Below are positions 41,547 through 55,586 of a stretch of DNA of 64,000 bases, one piece after another. The position numbers and the translations under genes are program-made. This stretch comes from Octopus vulgaris (Eukaryota), in contig OX597832.1 in the NCBI GenBank assembly GCA_951406725.2, positions 7,502,001 through 7,566,000 of the forward strand. Direction: 5' to 3'. A model generated the notes under the pieces. It was not told the DNA's origin and did no database searches. It was given only the letters and a program-made list of their open reading frames with translations. Position 1 is the stretch's first letter, and each line of letters starts with the position of its first letter.

Positions 41547-42769
41547 GTATTGCTTCCATTATTTATGTACCTATTTCAACGAAAAATTCGATGTGTCAAA
41601 TTGACAAATATGAATTCCTTCTTAAAAACTTCTTGTTGCTATATTTATCTCCATTTTTTCTTCTTTTGCAATTTTATCACGATACTTCGTATTATTTATA
41701 TATCGTGTTATTGTCGTTTCGTTTCCTTCTTAATATTGTTCTTGTTGTGACTTTCTCGTTCAATATTTGGCAGTGTGTATTGGTTCTTCTGAAGAAAACG
41801 GAAATATATAGACAATATTTTTTCGTGGCGTACACTGAAAACTAAACCAATTATATTGACAACTTATTATGACATAGTGGAAAAGTAAGCTATTTTCTCC
41901 AACTTGCATAACCCTTCTTGCATATTTATATTGAAAATGATAATATCCCATACTTGCGCATACAGCTATATGCAAGTATGCGCTCAACAAGATATACACA
42001 ACACACACACCCACAGACGTGGCCATATGGTAAGAAGTTTGCTTCCCAAACACATGGTTCCGGGTTCAGTCCCACTGCACGAGACTTTGGAAAGGTGTCT
42101 TCTGAAATAACCTCGGGCCACACGAAATCTTATAAGTGTATTTGGTCGATGGAGGCTGTGGGCTGTAAAGAAATAGGATTTCTCGGTATGTTGACTACAG
42201 TGCCTCTGCTCCTATGAAGATGATTGATGTCTCATCGCTTTCCATATTGGCTAATAATAGTAAGAGACTCAAGGGAACCTGCCGGGTCGCTTACAATGAA
42301 TTTCTAGTCTGCATCTAAATGCATATCCCCTTAATCCTGCTCCAACAACATAGTTTCTACTGTCATGGTCACCTATAAGCTAACTAACTATATTACATTT
42401 ATCTTAAATTTTCCAATATTTACATGGGATCGTCTGTTTCTCACTTCCGATTTTTGTTCACTAAGCCTGTCTATTTGCTCAATTTCCTCGTATTCGCCAG
42501 TGTATATGAGCGACTTTTATTGGTTTAGTGTCGTTTTGACTTCTATTTCTAGGATGCTGGTAATACCTTAGTGCCCTTCACATAATTATATACATATAAT
42601 TATAAACTTAGATTAATTTAATTATAAATTTATATTTATTATATATTATAGATATAATTATATTGTTGTATTTGGGGATTGTCATGTTGCCAATTTAGCT
42701 AATAAAAACACGCGCACTATATATTTGGCGTTAATTTGCTTCTGCTTAATTTTATATTAATCGTATTTC

Positions 42770-42814
42770 GGCCAGAGTTCTTTCGTCACACTTCTGTGAC
42801 CTCATCAGTGGTCC
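42770..42814 (-). ncRNA. Type I hammerhead ribozyme
   Basis: GGACCA-CTGATGA-G-GTCAC(agaagt)GTGAC-GAAA-GAAC-TC-TGGCC: intact core, CUC triplet, minimal stem III. Confidence 0.85.
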
Positions 42815-43164
42815 TTCGCTTTCTTTTTTTGAGCGTCTTTCCTTACTAATGATCAGCGATTTTGTATTCCTATTATATGTGTCTTTATTTGCGCATGCGT
42901 ATACCCCTGTGTGTGTCTATGGTTAATAACTGTGTGTGTGTGTGTGTGGGAAGTGCCTATATTATCAGTATCCCCTGTTTATACACGTTCGTTTAATTTG
43001 TTTTTATTTATTTTGTTCATGTGTTTATACCTACTTATTTTTTCTATTTTTTAAAATTTAATTTAATTTATTTTGTTAATGTATATAGTTATTTTATTCC
43101 ATTTGTTTATCTGTGTATTGTATTATATTTTGTTCATATTGTTATCAGTTTATGGGGATCTTAT

Positions 43165-43388
43165 TCTTATTTCTTTATAGCCCACAAGGGACAAAACATA
43201 GAGGGGGAAACAAGGACAGACAAAGGGATTACATCGACCCCAGTGCGTAACTGGTACTTAATTTATCGACCCCGAAAGGAGAAAAGGCGAAGTCGACCTC
43301 GGCGGAATTTGATCTCAGAACGTAACGGCAGACAAAATACGACTACGCATTTTGCCCGGCGTGCTAACGTTTCTGCCAGCTCGCCGCC
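43165..43388 (-). mobile_element. Family A SINE inserted in the PLE
   Basis: Full head and tail; ~19-bp TSD TTATGGGG(G)ATCTTATTCT at ~43150 and ~43389. Confidence 0.9.
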
Positions 43389-44151
43389 TTATGGGGGATC
43401 TTATTCTGTCATATGTTGTAGTGTGTTGGGAGTGTGTGTTAGTGTTCCATTCCAGTTTCCTATTCAGGCTGGGTTTATCTTATATTATGTGTGTAGCTTC
43501 TTTAATTTGTCTAAGTGTTGTGTCTGTTCTATGTGTGGGCAAGATTTTAACTTCTATAGCCGAAATACGATTAATATAAAATAAGCTGAATCAAATTAAC
43601 ACGAGATATATAGTGCGCGTATTTTTATTGGCTAAACATCACCGTTCCTAAATACAACAATATCTGTTTCAACACACAAATTCACATCAAGCATCTTGCA
43701 TAAGGAAGAGATATAATTATAATTTTATATTAATTTCTACCTCTCCAGTTTTTAATGCATGCAAGTCACTGATAGTATTATCATTATTTTTAATAATAAT
43801 TATATTCCTTTATATTTCTTAGACTTGTTTTATGCACTCCGATCATTGTGTTTACTGTGGCAGCCTTTGGTCAAAATGCACATAGTGAAATGATCAAGTG
43901 ATTGGCCCCGTGTATATGTATGAATATATAAATGTTTTTATGTATGTATGTATGTATGTATGCATGTATGTATGTATGTATGTATGTACGTACGTACGTA
44001 CACAGACACACATATATGTATAATCAAAATGAGCAACAGGATATCAAGTGGTGATGCAGTACGACCGCTTCAATCGGCTCCATTTAACTGAACAATGCAA
44101 TAATTTCATTAATTTAAATGCAGGGTTATCCTTAGCTGCTTAAATAAATAG

Positions 44152-44375
<224 letters not shown>

Positions 44376-44659
44376 ATATACATACATCACTGATTAAGGC
44401 CAAGCCTTCATTAGCCGGGCCAGATATCAATTGATATGAGATCATCTGTTTTTTATTTGTGGTATTTATTCATTAAAGGTATGTTGCTTTTCTATTTGCT
44501 CATTTCAGATTAATCGACTGCAGTACACTTTTTAGGCCTGGTACTTATTATTTTGGTTTCTTTAATCGAACCGCCAAGTTGCGGAACGTAAACACACCAA
44601 CACGCACACACACATACACACACAGAAAAACCCACAATACGACGGGCTTCTTTCAGTTT

Positions 44660-44890
44660 CTTATTTCTTTATTGCCCAAAAGGGGCTAAACATAGAGAGA
44701 ACAAACAAGGACAGACAAAGGGATTAAGTCGATTACATCGACCCCAGTGTGTAACTGGTACTTAATTTTATCGACCCCGAAAGGATGACAGGCAAAGTCG
44801 ACCTTGGCGGAATTTGAACTCAGAACGCGGCGGCGGATGAAATACCAAAAAGTATATCGCCTGGCATGCTAACGATTCTGCCAGCTCGTC
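44660..44890 (-). mobile_element. Family A SINE nested in a family B SINE
   Basis: ~20-bp TSD GACGGGCTTCTTTC(A/G)GTTTCT at 44641 and ~44896. Confidence 0.9.
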
Positions 44891-45494
44891 ACTTTGACGG
44901 GCTTCTTTCGGTTTCTATCTACCAAATCTACTCACAAAGCTTTTGTAGTTCTGAGGCTATAATAGAAGACACTTGGCCAAGATTCATACAGTGGGACTGA
45001 ACGCAGAACCATGTGGTTGGGAAGCAAACTTAGAAGAGAGAAAGAGAAAGAAGAAACTGGGGGAAATATATGTATATGTATATTAAGTGTATGTGTGTGT
45101 GTGTGTGTTTGTGAGTGTGTAAATATCCCGAAAAGAATATTTGTCACGTTGGCAAGAAAATACTTCATACGTAAAGGAGTTTGGAGTTTTACCGAACTCA
45201 ATAAAATGAGATAAGAATATTTTCTATTGCAGAATATTGATATATAAAATACCTCACAGTTAAATCTATTTAGCTCAATAAATTAGAATTTGGTATACAT
45301 AATACATGTATACAGGCATTTTAAATATGTAATTTGTATACGTATAGCTAAGCTTTCCTTTTATTGCGCCAAATAGATTTAAGTGAGATTCACCGCTCTC
45401 TCTATATATAACATACGCACACACACAAATATATATATTTAACTATGTATAATAGTATATATATATATATATATACATACACACTCATACTTAC

Positions 45495-45588
<94 letters not shown>

Positions 45589-45690
45589 TTATATAGGCAT
45601 ATGTATGTACACCATTATATTTGTATACGTATAGCTAAGCTTTCTTTTTATTGCAGCAAATATATTTAAGTGCGATTCACCTCTCTCTCT

Positions 45691-45729
<39 letters not shown>

Positions 45730-45752
45730 ATATATACACACATATATATTTG

Positions 45753-45785
<33 letters not shown>

Positions 45786-46866
45786 CAAATTGATAGATTT
45801 ACATATGTATGTATATGTATATGTTCGTATACATCGACACGTATGTGCTACACATGTGTGTGTTTCTGTGTGTATGTTTTCACGTAGATTTTATTTTGCG
45901 CGTTGACAAAATACAAACACTTAAAAAATATAGACCTCGTGAAACTACAGGGAAAAGAAGAGATAAAGCATAATAATGAGCGGACAAACAAATATGGCTG
46001 TTATATAAGCCACACTGTGCGCTGTATAGGAATATAAATATTTAATTTTCGACATTATGTGTTATATATCTGTATGTTTTTCTTTGTTTTCATTATGCAA
46101 AATCCTTGTTTGTCACGCCTAAGGTTTTAATAAGAGAATGAAAAAGCATAACATAAAATAAATAATCAAATAAATAAAAACCTTAGAATGAACTAGATAT
46201 TATTTTGCCAACGACCGGAATTAATTTGTAATATGCATTTTCAACGATGAAAACAAACAAAAAATAAAAAAAGGTTGAAGAATATGAAAATTATAAAAAT
46301 ATAAACCTTCATATTTTCGTGGGTTTTGGTTATATATTTTTTGACGTCATTCTTGTTGTTTGTTTCGAAAATCATGTTATACTTATGATAATGTCCTTCG
46401 ATTTCTTATTGGATTCAATTCCGTATTAAAAGGGAAAAATAGAAAGCAAATGAAAAAAATGTGATACTTTTCGTTGGTTGTTACGTTGAAAGCATCATTG
46501 TGTGTTCTGGAGAAAATCTCATAGCTTGTTCGTACGTGTTTTTAGCCCATTCTCATCTTCCTCCTTCAACTTCGTTCTTCTCAAATCATGTATGTCATTA
46601 CCTGAAGCCAACCAAAAAGCAAACACTTGCCAATATATCAACAACGACTCCGACATGTGTTTCGCAGCTGTAAATTAGTTGAACGAGTGTTATACATGTT
46701 GCAAACAGCAGCTAAAACGAATAAAACCTCTGAATATATATAAAATGCCTGAATCGTTGTTAGAATGTTACAATAAAGGCTCAAATTGCATAGTAGCAGC
46801 GGGAATGAAGTAAAACTAAAATAATTTAAATTCGTTGTGAATAGATTTTCGATTTGATAACTAGTA

Positions 46867-46960
<94 letters not shown>

Positions 46961-47062
46961 CCTACCTACCTACCTACCTACCTACGTACATACCTACCTA
47001 CCTACCTACATACATACCTACCTACCTACCTACCTACCTACCTACCTACCTACCTACCTATC

Positions 47063-48254
47063 TACCTCGGTGAACAGGTGTGGTCGCCGTTTGTGAGGCA
47101 CGCTTTCCCGCAGCTCGTCTCCATGACCGAACTGCAGTCGTGGATCAAAAAGAGGCCGAAGAAGGGCGAATGGCACCGCGAGTGTCGCGTTGCTCTCAAG
47201 CAACTCTGCCGTCCTGGGTCGACCTTGAGTGACTTCAACACAACCAAATCATTCTATAGGGGTTTAGTGGAGGGGAGGTACGACGACGAGCTCGGGGCGA
47301 ACCTGGACGTCGACGAGGAGTACCTGACCCGCCTGTTCAGGACGACTTTCGGGCCAGGGCCCATGGACAACTTCCAGAGATCCCTGGCCTGGCAGTGCTA
47401 CCGAGAAGCGCTACCCGTTCGGGATAAGCTCTACAGACACGGCTCGAGAAACACGGGGCCGACCTGCCCGAGATGCGGTCAGAGCGACGAAACCGTTCTG
47501 CACGCACTCGTGCAGTGTCCAACAATTTCCGACCTGTGGGCTTGTGTCGAACAACTGCTGTCACGTGTGGGACGAGTCGGTTTATCAGCTGAGTCTATCG
47601 TTAATATTGTCACGCCTCCCTCCTTCAAACGGGAAGGAAGAGCTATTTTCATCATCCTTGTGGCTATGGCGAAAGAATGTATCTGGTGGACGCGTCTGAA
47701 AGGATTGGAGACAAACACTTTCCTCTCTGGTCAATCTCTCATCAACTTCTTCAAGTACCACTTGAAAAGGAAAGTGAGAGTAGAGAGGCAAGTTTTGTCT
47801 AGCGAATGTTTTAAAAAAAGATGGGTGAATGTAGCAAGAATGGCACGTATGAATGACGAAGCCACCTTGAGCATGATCCTATGAACCCAGAAATTGAAAA
47901 CAGAGAGTTGCTTATTTGCAAAAAAAAAAAAAAAAGAAATATAACATGTGACTTCCATTGACCGAGGTTACCGTGGTCTTTTCCGCAGGCTTTTCTTTCC
48001 ACGGGTAAACCTCACCTGTCCTCCCCTTTACACTTCATATAGAGACTTCTGTGATAACGATCCCTATTGATCAATTTTTTTTTTCCTCTCCCCCTTTTTT
48101 TTAACCCCCCTTTTTTTGTCCTCTTTCTCTCCTTTTACGATCCCTTTTGATCGAAACTCCCCTTCCTTTTTTTTTTTTTAAACCTTCAAAAGAAAAGCTC
48201 TACCTTGTAATTTGTTCTATCTGTGTGCAGCCCTGTGTGGCTAATAAAGAAACA

Positions 48255-48256
<2 letters not shown>
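47063..48256 (+). mobile_element. 5'-truncated L1/Tx1-like LINE inserted in a (CTAT/CTAC)n microsatellite
   Basis: Uninterrupted ORF2 C-terminus plus 3' UTR with AATAAA; microsatellite on both sides. Confidence 0.9.
47078..47884 (+). CDS. Truncated LINE ORF2 C-terminus with zinc knuckle (zf-RVT)
   Basis: LAWQCYREALPV...CPRCGQSDETVLHALVQCP...AKECIWWTR; no genuine start codon. Confidence 0.85.
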   Translation: MWSPFVRHAFPQLVSMTELQSWIKKRPKKGEWHRECRVALKQLCRPGSTLSDFNTTKSFYRGLVEGRYDDELGANLDVDEEYLTRLFRTTFGPGPMDNFQRSLAWQCYREALPVRDKLYRHGSRNTGPTCPRCGQSDETVLHALVQCPTISDLWACVEQLLSRVGRVGLSAESIVNIVTPPSFKREGRAIFIILVAMAKECIWWTRLKGLETNTFLSGQSLINFFKYHLKRKVRVERQVLSSECFKKRWVNVARMARMNDEATLSMIL

Positions 48257-48332
<76 letters not shown>

Positions 48333-48361
48333 CCTACCTACCTACCTACCTACCTACCTAC

Positions 48362-48428
<67 letters not shown>

Positions 48429-48998
48429 GATATATACATATCTACTATACATATATCCAGCTAACTAGCTGGATATATGGATAGTAGAAATTATGTATTA
48501 AGTATCACTGCTACTGTTATGTTTAGAGCTCCAATTAGATTTTCATAATTCAGTTAACTTTCTGTATAGTTGTTAAGTAACTTCTAAGTTATGGATCAAA
48601 TGTAGGCAAAATAAGGACAAACACAGGGTTGTATTAAAATTCTTACTCGCATTTCACCATTATGGTCGCTTGGAGCCCTGCGATAGATGCTGCTAGATCC
48701 TTAGGAAACACTTCATTGTATCAAATTACAGATAACGATGTTCAAAATATCTCAGTTGTTTGGAGTTATTTCACGGTGCAGTTTCCTATTTATCGCAGCG
48801 CAGGTTATCACAACATTAGACACATTGATTACCTCCCCTAAAATTCATTTGCCTCCTGATGCATTTATAAAATATCCTTCCTAAAATTAACATACAATAA
48901 AAACTTATGATTGCGTGAAATCGTAGCCTAATAATAAACTGCTTAGTCTTGATTAGTACAAGCGAAACCGGTTAAATACTTTATTTAATAAAAACATA

Positions 48999-49071
<73 letters not shown>

Positions 49072-49189
49072 ATATACTTTGTCCAACATAAAATTTCTGT
49101 ATATATTTATTTTTATAATTTTCACTGTAATTCACCTCGTAGAAATTTTTCTATCGAACCTTTTCACTATTATACATCAAACGTGGGTC

Positions 49190-51400
49190 TGAAAATGCAA
49201 CCGAAATCCAACACATTGGATAAAATAACCAACGAAAGCATTCTGAAGGAATTAAAAGAGATTAACTCAGATCTGGCCATACTAATTAACAAAATCGATG
49301 AATTACATTGCTGAAAGTGAAGAAAGAATTGAGTCTGCGGAACAGGTTTGTCAAAATTATGCCCAACCTTAAATTAAATTTTTATAAACAAAATTGAAAA
49401 AGATAACATCGCCTCCTTCGCTCACTAAAAACAAATACGAATCCCGTAATGAAAAGAACCAACCACGTCATAATTAAAAGCCATATTAGTCATATTTGGA
49501 ACAAAAATTTAAACACTACAAAATTTGAAGATGCTAAAAAATAACAAAGCAGAAATATATAAGCGATGCATGAACTCAAGAGCGTCAGTCCTTCCACGCA
49601 AACTACAGATAAAACCAATTCCAGAAGAACCTGAACATCAAAGACAACTGAAGGAGAAATTAGCGTTAGAGAAAATGAAAACAGAAATTGAAATTGAATT
49701 ATTTGAACTAAGAGTATCAAGCAATGAACAAAAAGATAAAATCAGTGATGAAGAAATACATATCGCACTCATTAAACATATTGATGGACATCTTTTGGAA
49801 AATGTTCTCAGACTATAGAAAGAAATTAGTGAATCTGACGAAATAAATTTCTTTCAACGTTGGGGGAAAAATGTAATGTTTTTTTTTTTCGATAATCATG
49901 AAAACCAGTTCGAAACAGAATATAGTCCCGATAATCCATTTTGAAAGAAAACGAGGATGAAATCCCATGTAGAAATGATTAAACAATCAATTAGGTCAAA
50001 TTATAGACAATTAAAAAGAACAGAATCACACAAAATCAACCTCACTTTTGGAAGTAAAACGTTCTCAAACCCGAAATAGAGACAACTCAGTAATTAGGAT
50101 GACTAGAATAAGTCATCTCAATGTTAGGGATATCAGTTTCCTTTCAGCAGTGAGAAGTACTCAAGGGAATATATTTAATTCTCAGTGAAGGAACTCGAAA
50201 CACGTAAATACATCTAATATAATTAGACAGCAGATGCAGTTTTCTAACAATTGAAATATATATTTACTAATACTGACAATCCGAATCAACGTAATTACAA
50301 GAAACGATTTATTTTGACTCAGTACAGTGAAACAGGGACGCGCGTTGGCATAAAAATATACAAGAAAAATCAAATAAGTTTATCAAAGAAAACGTTTTCA
50401 ATAACTAAAATCAGCATAGAAGCAAAAAGACTGAAATTTAGCTGAACCCTACGCAGATCTAAAATCACAATAAAATCAATGACAATATTAAGGAATTTTG
50501 CAGAAAATTACGACGTACAGAGACAATAACTATAATAACGACGATGAGTCACTTGTTAAAAACAAAAGCAACTATCTTCCACCTAGGAACAGAACATTCG
50601 ATAACTTTTGTGATCACATTCCTAATTTTCCTTCTAATACCTTACACACACTGATAATTAACACAAATGGAGCTGGCAGAAACGTTAGCGCGCTGGATAA
50701 AATGCGTAGCCGTATTTCGTCTGTTGTTACGTTCTGACTTCAAATTCCGCCGAGGTCGACTTTGCCTTTCATCCTTTCGGGGTCGATAAATTAAGTACCA
50801 GTTACGCACTGGGGTCGATGTAATCGATTTAATCCCTTTGTCTGTCCTTGTTTGTCCCCTCTATGTTTAGCCCCTTGTGGGTAATAAAGAAACAGATAAT
50901 TAACTCAAACCTCAGCACTACTGAATGGAAAAACTAATTTGAATTGCAAAATGATAAGTAATTGACAATTAAAGAAGGGAATAAAGGAAGTGCCGGAATA
51001 CTGATGGACACAGAATACTACAGAGACCTAGTGTTGTTCATGGTAAAAAACGATTACTACTACGAAAAGGCTGAAAACTATAATCAACAGAAAATAATGA
51101 AAAAAATCTTTTATCCCTTCTTCACCAATATGGAAAGCGTCTGACGGACAAAGCAATCGAATATGTGGGAAATTTTAAATATAAACCTAGTCTTTTCTAG
51201 GGTTTACCAAATACACGCAAAAGCCAGATAATTCATGAAGCCTGCAAAGAATCACCAGACATATACACTAATGTCTAATCACTACGAGATTTAAAGCTAA
51301 GATGATACCTGGCTCATCATGTGAAACCCACCGCTCCAAACTTGTCAAGAGATTTTCGTATTATGCGCACATTCAATGGTTTATATTTCATAGGTCAACA
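49190..51400 (+). mobile_element. Decayed Penelope-like retroelement, N-terminal and early RT region
   Basis: KRLKFS*T (KGLKF-PT), KSNYLPP, TIKEGNKGSAGILMD (IK-ADKG-A-V-MD), F*GLPNTRK (FYGLPK-HK) and SCETHR in PLE order; many stops. Confidence 0.8.
50668..50893 (+). mobile_element. Family A SINE inserted in the PLE ORF
   Basis: TSD GATAATTAAC(A/T)CAAA on both sides. Confidence 0.9.
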
Positions 51401-51415
51401 TTGTATTGCATGTGC

Positions 51416-51449
<34 letters not shown>

Positions 51450-51459
51450 TGTTTTTTTG

Positions 51460-52500
51460 TAATCCCCTTCGGTCATAAATGACCATGGGATTGCACCTAG
51501 AAAGTTACCTTCCGAGGCACAAGTCTGGGAAAGCTTGTTTATGGAAGACCAGCAGTCGCCCATGCATACTGGCCTCCCCTCCCCACGCCACCGATGTTAT
51601 CCAAGGGAAAGGCAAAGGCCGATACAGCTTGGCACCAGTGACGTCGCAGCTCAATTATTTATGTGCAAAAGGCTGAGCACTCCACAGACATGTGTATCCT
51701 TAACGTAGTTCTCGGGGAGATTCAACAGAGTGTGACAAGGCTGGCCCTTTGAAATACAGGTACAACAGAAACAGGAAGAAAGAGTGAAAGAAAGTCGTGG
51801 TGAAAGAGTACAGCAGGGTTCACCACCACCCTCTGCCGGAGCCTCGTGGAGCTTTTGATGTTTTTGATGTGACAAATCAACTGCTTGTGACTTTACACTT
51901 GCAACGCTCTCTTCAAAACCAATTCGATACACGCCAAAATTGTGATACACGTGGTTGCACATTAAAATCAAGTGTTGAGGATGGAAGTGACTCAATAAGG
52001 AATGGGTTAAACAAAGCTTTTCTTGCTTTACAATAAAATTATGTTTAAGGCAAAGAATTCCTTGGGGGACCAGTGAAAAATTCACCAAGCAACTTCTGGA
52101 ACACATACTGCGTTAGCTTCCGCGCTTCACTGCTTTGGTCGGTACTCTCGTATGGCACATGCTCTTGGCAAGAAAAAAACGAAAATCTCTAGTACGAAAT
52201 TTCTTTTCCCACAAATGAAAATCTCTAGTCAGTATGAAGACAATTGGTGTGCAACCAACTGCAGGATCCAGGAGAAAGATGGTTGGTGGTGGCAGAAACC
52301 GCATTGGTGCTGGGAGACAGTTGAAGGATTGTTTGAAAAGTATGAAAGGAAAGGTGCCGTTCAGCTCTCAGATTATGCCTAGACGCCATCTCTTGGTAAA
52401 AGACACTCTACCAAGTACACTCAGAACGAAGAACGGTGTTGTAAGTCGACCGACCGCCAAGTTATGCCTGATTTTAGAAGGAGACAAGTAGTTAGACAGA
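51460..52500. mobile_element. Mixed block: SINE fragments (51670-51860 is the inverse of 62290-62480) and decayed LINE sequence
   Basis: Direct match to the 62187 SINE; endonuclease-like CNALFKT-S-H-K at ~51900. Confidence 0.55.
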
Positions 52501-52854
52501 TTTACATTTATACCTATTATCGGACTTTGTTAGGGTCCCAGATGGTAAAGATGTGGAAGGGAAAAATGTGGGTAGAGGGTGATGTGCTAGCAACCCTCTC
52601 CCTTTACTGTTTTACAAAGTAAACAACAGTACAAATAATTACGCAGAGGCAGCCATGGTTGAAACAAGAACAGCAAGCATGATTAAAAGAGTAAAGAAGC
52701 ATGGTCATTCCCTACACAAGTGACCTTATGTTATCGCCCATCACTTGTTATACACTCATAAATTAGATTGATAGTTGAGCTCTCATTGGCTTTACGCAAA
52801 TGAGTTCATAACTGGGGTCCGGAACTCACGTGGTAAAAAATTTCGCTGCCCAAT

Positions 52855-52992
52855 CATAGAGTGACCATAGGTTTCGCACCTATAAAGCGCTTAGCAGTAT
52901 AGGTAACATGTCAGACTCAAATGGCTGAAGGACTGACGAGTCATCTACACTGCTAAGCATTTTATAGATGCGAAACTAATGGTCACTCTATG
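52855..52992. repeat. ~138-bp palindrome (MITE-like)
   Basis: TAGAGTGACCATAGGTTTCGCACCTATAAAGCGCTTAGCAGT pairs with ACTGCTAAGCATTTTATAGATGCGAAACTAATGGTCACTCTA. Confidence 0.85.
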
Positions 52993-53039
52993 ACCGACCA
53001 TAAATTTGAACTTCCTAAATAAATAATATATATATTCCT

Positions 53040-53225
53040 TTGTCTTCCCTTCTCTGGATCTTTCCTTCTCCTATGTTTCCGACGAAGAGCTCCGCTCGAA
53101 ACGTTAAACCCTCCTTCTTTCCTTCTTTCCTTCTTTCCTGAGCGTCCAATAATACTATATTTGTTCCAAGTTATCGCGTTGTTGTGTTTTTTTGTGCTTT
53201 CTTATTTGGATTAACTATATATATA
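53040..53225 (+). mobile_element. Short HHR-bearing element, family CCGACGA (copy 2); HHR at 53075-53109
   Basis: HHR motif identical to 1698-1732; ends in (TA)n. Confidence 0.8.
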
Positions 53226-53310
53226 TAAATGGCTCGGACAAAAAGCAAGAAAGAAGAAAGATGGAAAGGGAAGAAGAATAGTGTGAAAGTAAAAAATAAG
53301 AGAGAAAGAA

Positions 53311-53405
<95 letters not shown>

Positions 53406-54279
53406 GAATAAGAATAAGAATAAGAAGTAAGAGAAAAGAGATAGAGGAGTAGAAAGAATGGAAACACTGAAAATAAATGTAGGAGTAAGAAATGGTGAAG
53501 ATGAAAAAGAGGAGGACAATGTAACATGCTGCCCAGTATGACGTCACCGGCAGTAGCAGCAGCAGCACCCTCATCAACATGGCGGCCGCCGCAACCACCA
53601 CCATAGTATTAACAGCAGTGATAATAAAATATTGCTTTCAAATTATGGCACAAGGCCAGCAATTTAGGAAGAGGGTTTAAGTCGATTACATGACTCCAAT
53701 GCAACTGGTACTCGATCATGTTATCGACTCTAAAAAGATGGAAGACAAATCCCACCTCGGCGGGATTCGAACTCATAGAATAAAAACCGGAAGAAATGCC
53801 GTTAAGCACTTTGTTTGGCGTACTAACGATTCTGCTAGACTTAATACCTAATATCTAATATTTATATCTATTATTAATAATTTCCCTTCCATTAAAAAGC
53901 AATAATGGAATTATTCCGTTCTTTTCTTCCTCGTTATCAACCGCCCCTGTAGAATATTTGCACTTCATTTACATTATACTAACAGCACCAACTTTCACTT
54001 TCGCAAAATTACATATTATAGTATCATATTTATAGAAAGCGTTCATTCCATTATATTATAGTATTAACTTTATAGAAGGCAATCATTTCAGTTTATTATA
54101 CTATCAAGTTTCCTTTAAAGAGCAATTGCATTATACAAAAGTATCAAATTTATAATTTACTTTAATTAAATATTTAGTCGATGGCCTATGATGTCTACTA
54201 CACAGTGGACGATGGTAGATAGGAATAATGTTTAAAATTATCATTGTTTTATAGAGGGTAAGTGTACTAGAAGAATACC

Positions 54280-55530
54280 TTGTGACATTTAATTACAATT
54301 CTTTGTATTTTGAGTTAAGAGCCCACCGAAGGCATCTTTTCCTTTCATTCATCCAGGGTTCAATAATAAAGAGTGTCAGTCAAGTCGATTTACTGCACTG
54401 ATCCACTCCATCCACACAAAGAATTATTGGCCTGGAGCCGAAACTGGAAATGATTATAAAGGCAGTGAATTGGAAGAATCACTAAAGTGTTGAGAGGACA
54501 ATACCTTGTGGTATTTATTCAGGCTCTTTACGCTCTATGTTCAAATCTTGCTATGTTCAAGTCAGTCAGTTCTTCAACCTTATGGAATCGATAAAATAAA
54601 GTACCACTCAGGCACTAGTATTGAATTAATCGAAAAAATTTTCCACCCCAAATGTCAAGAACTTTTGTGTAAATTAGAAATTAAAGAGAAAAGTAGTGGA
54701 TTCGTAGTAACGTTGCAGCGTTGGAAAAAGAAATCGGTTTGCGATACTTGTTTCCGCTCTTTATACGCAGAGTTCAAATCTTGCCGTGGTCAACTTTGTC
54801 GTTCGTCATTTTCGAGTTCTATCAAATATAGTACCAGTCAAGAATGAAGATGGTTTAATCGACTAAATTTTTCACTTACAAAATTCTAGCCTTGAGCCTA
54901 TGTTAAAAAAAATGATTATTATAATTAATAGATGTAGTAGGATGGCAAGCTGGCAGAAGCGTTAGCACGCCGGACGAAATGCTTAGTGGTATTTCGTCTG
55001 CCGCTACGTTTTTAGTTCAAATTCCGCCGAGGTCGACTTTACCTTTCATCCTTTTGGGGTCGATATAAACGACTTAATCCGTTTGTCTGTCCTTGTTTGT
55101 CCCCTCTATGTTTAGCCTCTTGTGGGCAATAAAGAAATAAGAAACGTTAGCACGCTGGATAAAATGCTTAGCAACATTTTGTCCGTCTTTGCGTACTGAG
55201 TTCAAATTCCGCCGAGGTCGATTTGTCTTTCATCCTTTGAAGGTTGATAGAGTAAGTACCAGTTGAAGACTGAGGTCAAAATTCCAGACCCTGTGCCTTA
55301 AATAGGAAGGAGCATTAGTAGACGTAGTAAGGCGGCAAGTTGGCATACTCGTTACTGTGGAGGCTAAAATGTATAGCGATATTTCTTTCGGCTCTTTACT
55401 ATCTGACTTCAAATACCGCCGAGGTCGACTTTGTCGTTCATGCTTTCGGGGTTGATAAAATAAGTATCACTTGAGCACTGGTCGATATAATTAACTTCAT
55501 TCTTCCCTCCTTATTGTTAACCATGTGTCA
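54280..55530 (+). mobile_element. Head-to-tail cluster of about 6 family A SINEs of differing age
   Basis: Repeated GAGTTCAAAT...GGTCGACTTT...TCATCC...GATAAAATAAGTACC units. Confidence 0.8.
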
Positions 55531-55586
55531 ATTTGAATGAATCATTCTATACTGTTACATTGCTGAAGTCAGGATCGTGGGGTTCT

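Larger units (their letters stand above)
42661..43700 (-). mobile_element. 5'-truncated Penelope-like element with GIY-YIG C-terminus, HHR and inverted pseudo-LTR
   Basis: Minus strand 43554-43441 translates EVKILPTHRTDTTLRQIKEATHII*DKPSLNRKLEW; HHR at 42770-42814; 42661-42772 is inverted at 43559-43662. Confidence 0.8.

Noticed and set aside
45330-45690. ~60-bp duplicated segment around (AT)n
   Set aside because: Simple local duplication with no structure suggesting function.
54280-55530. CRISPR-like regularly spaced repeats
   Set aside because: Units are ~200-bp SINE copies; eukaryotic context and no cas genes.
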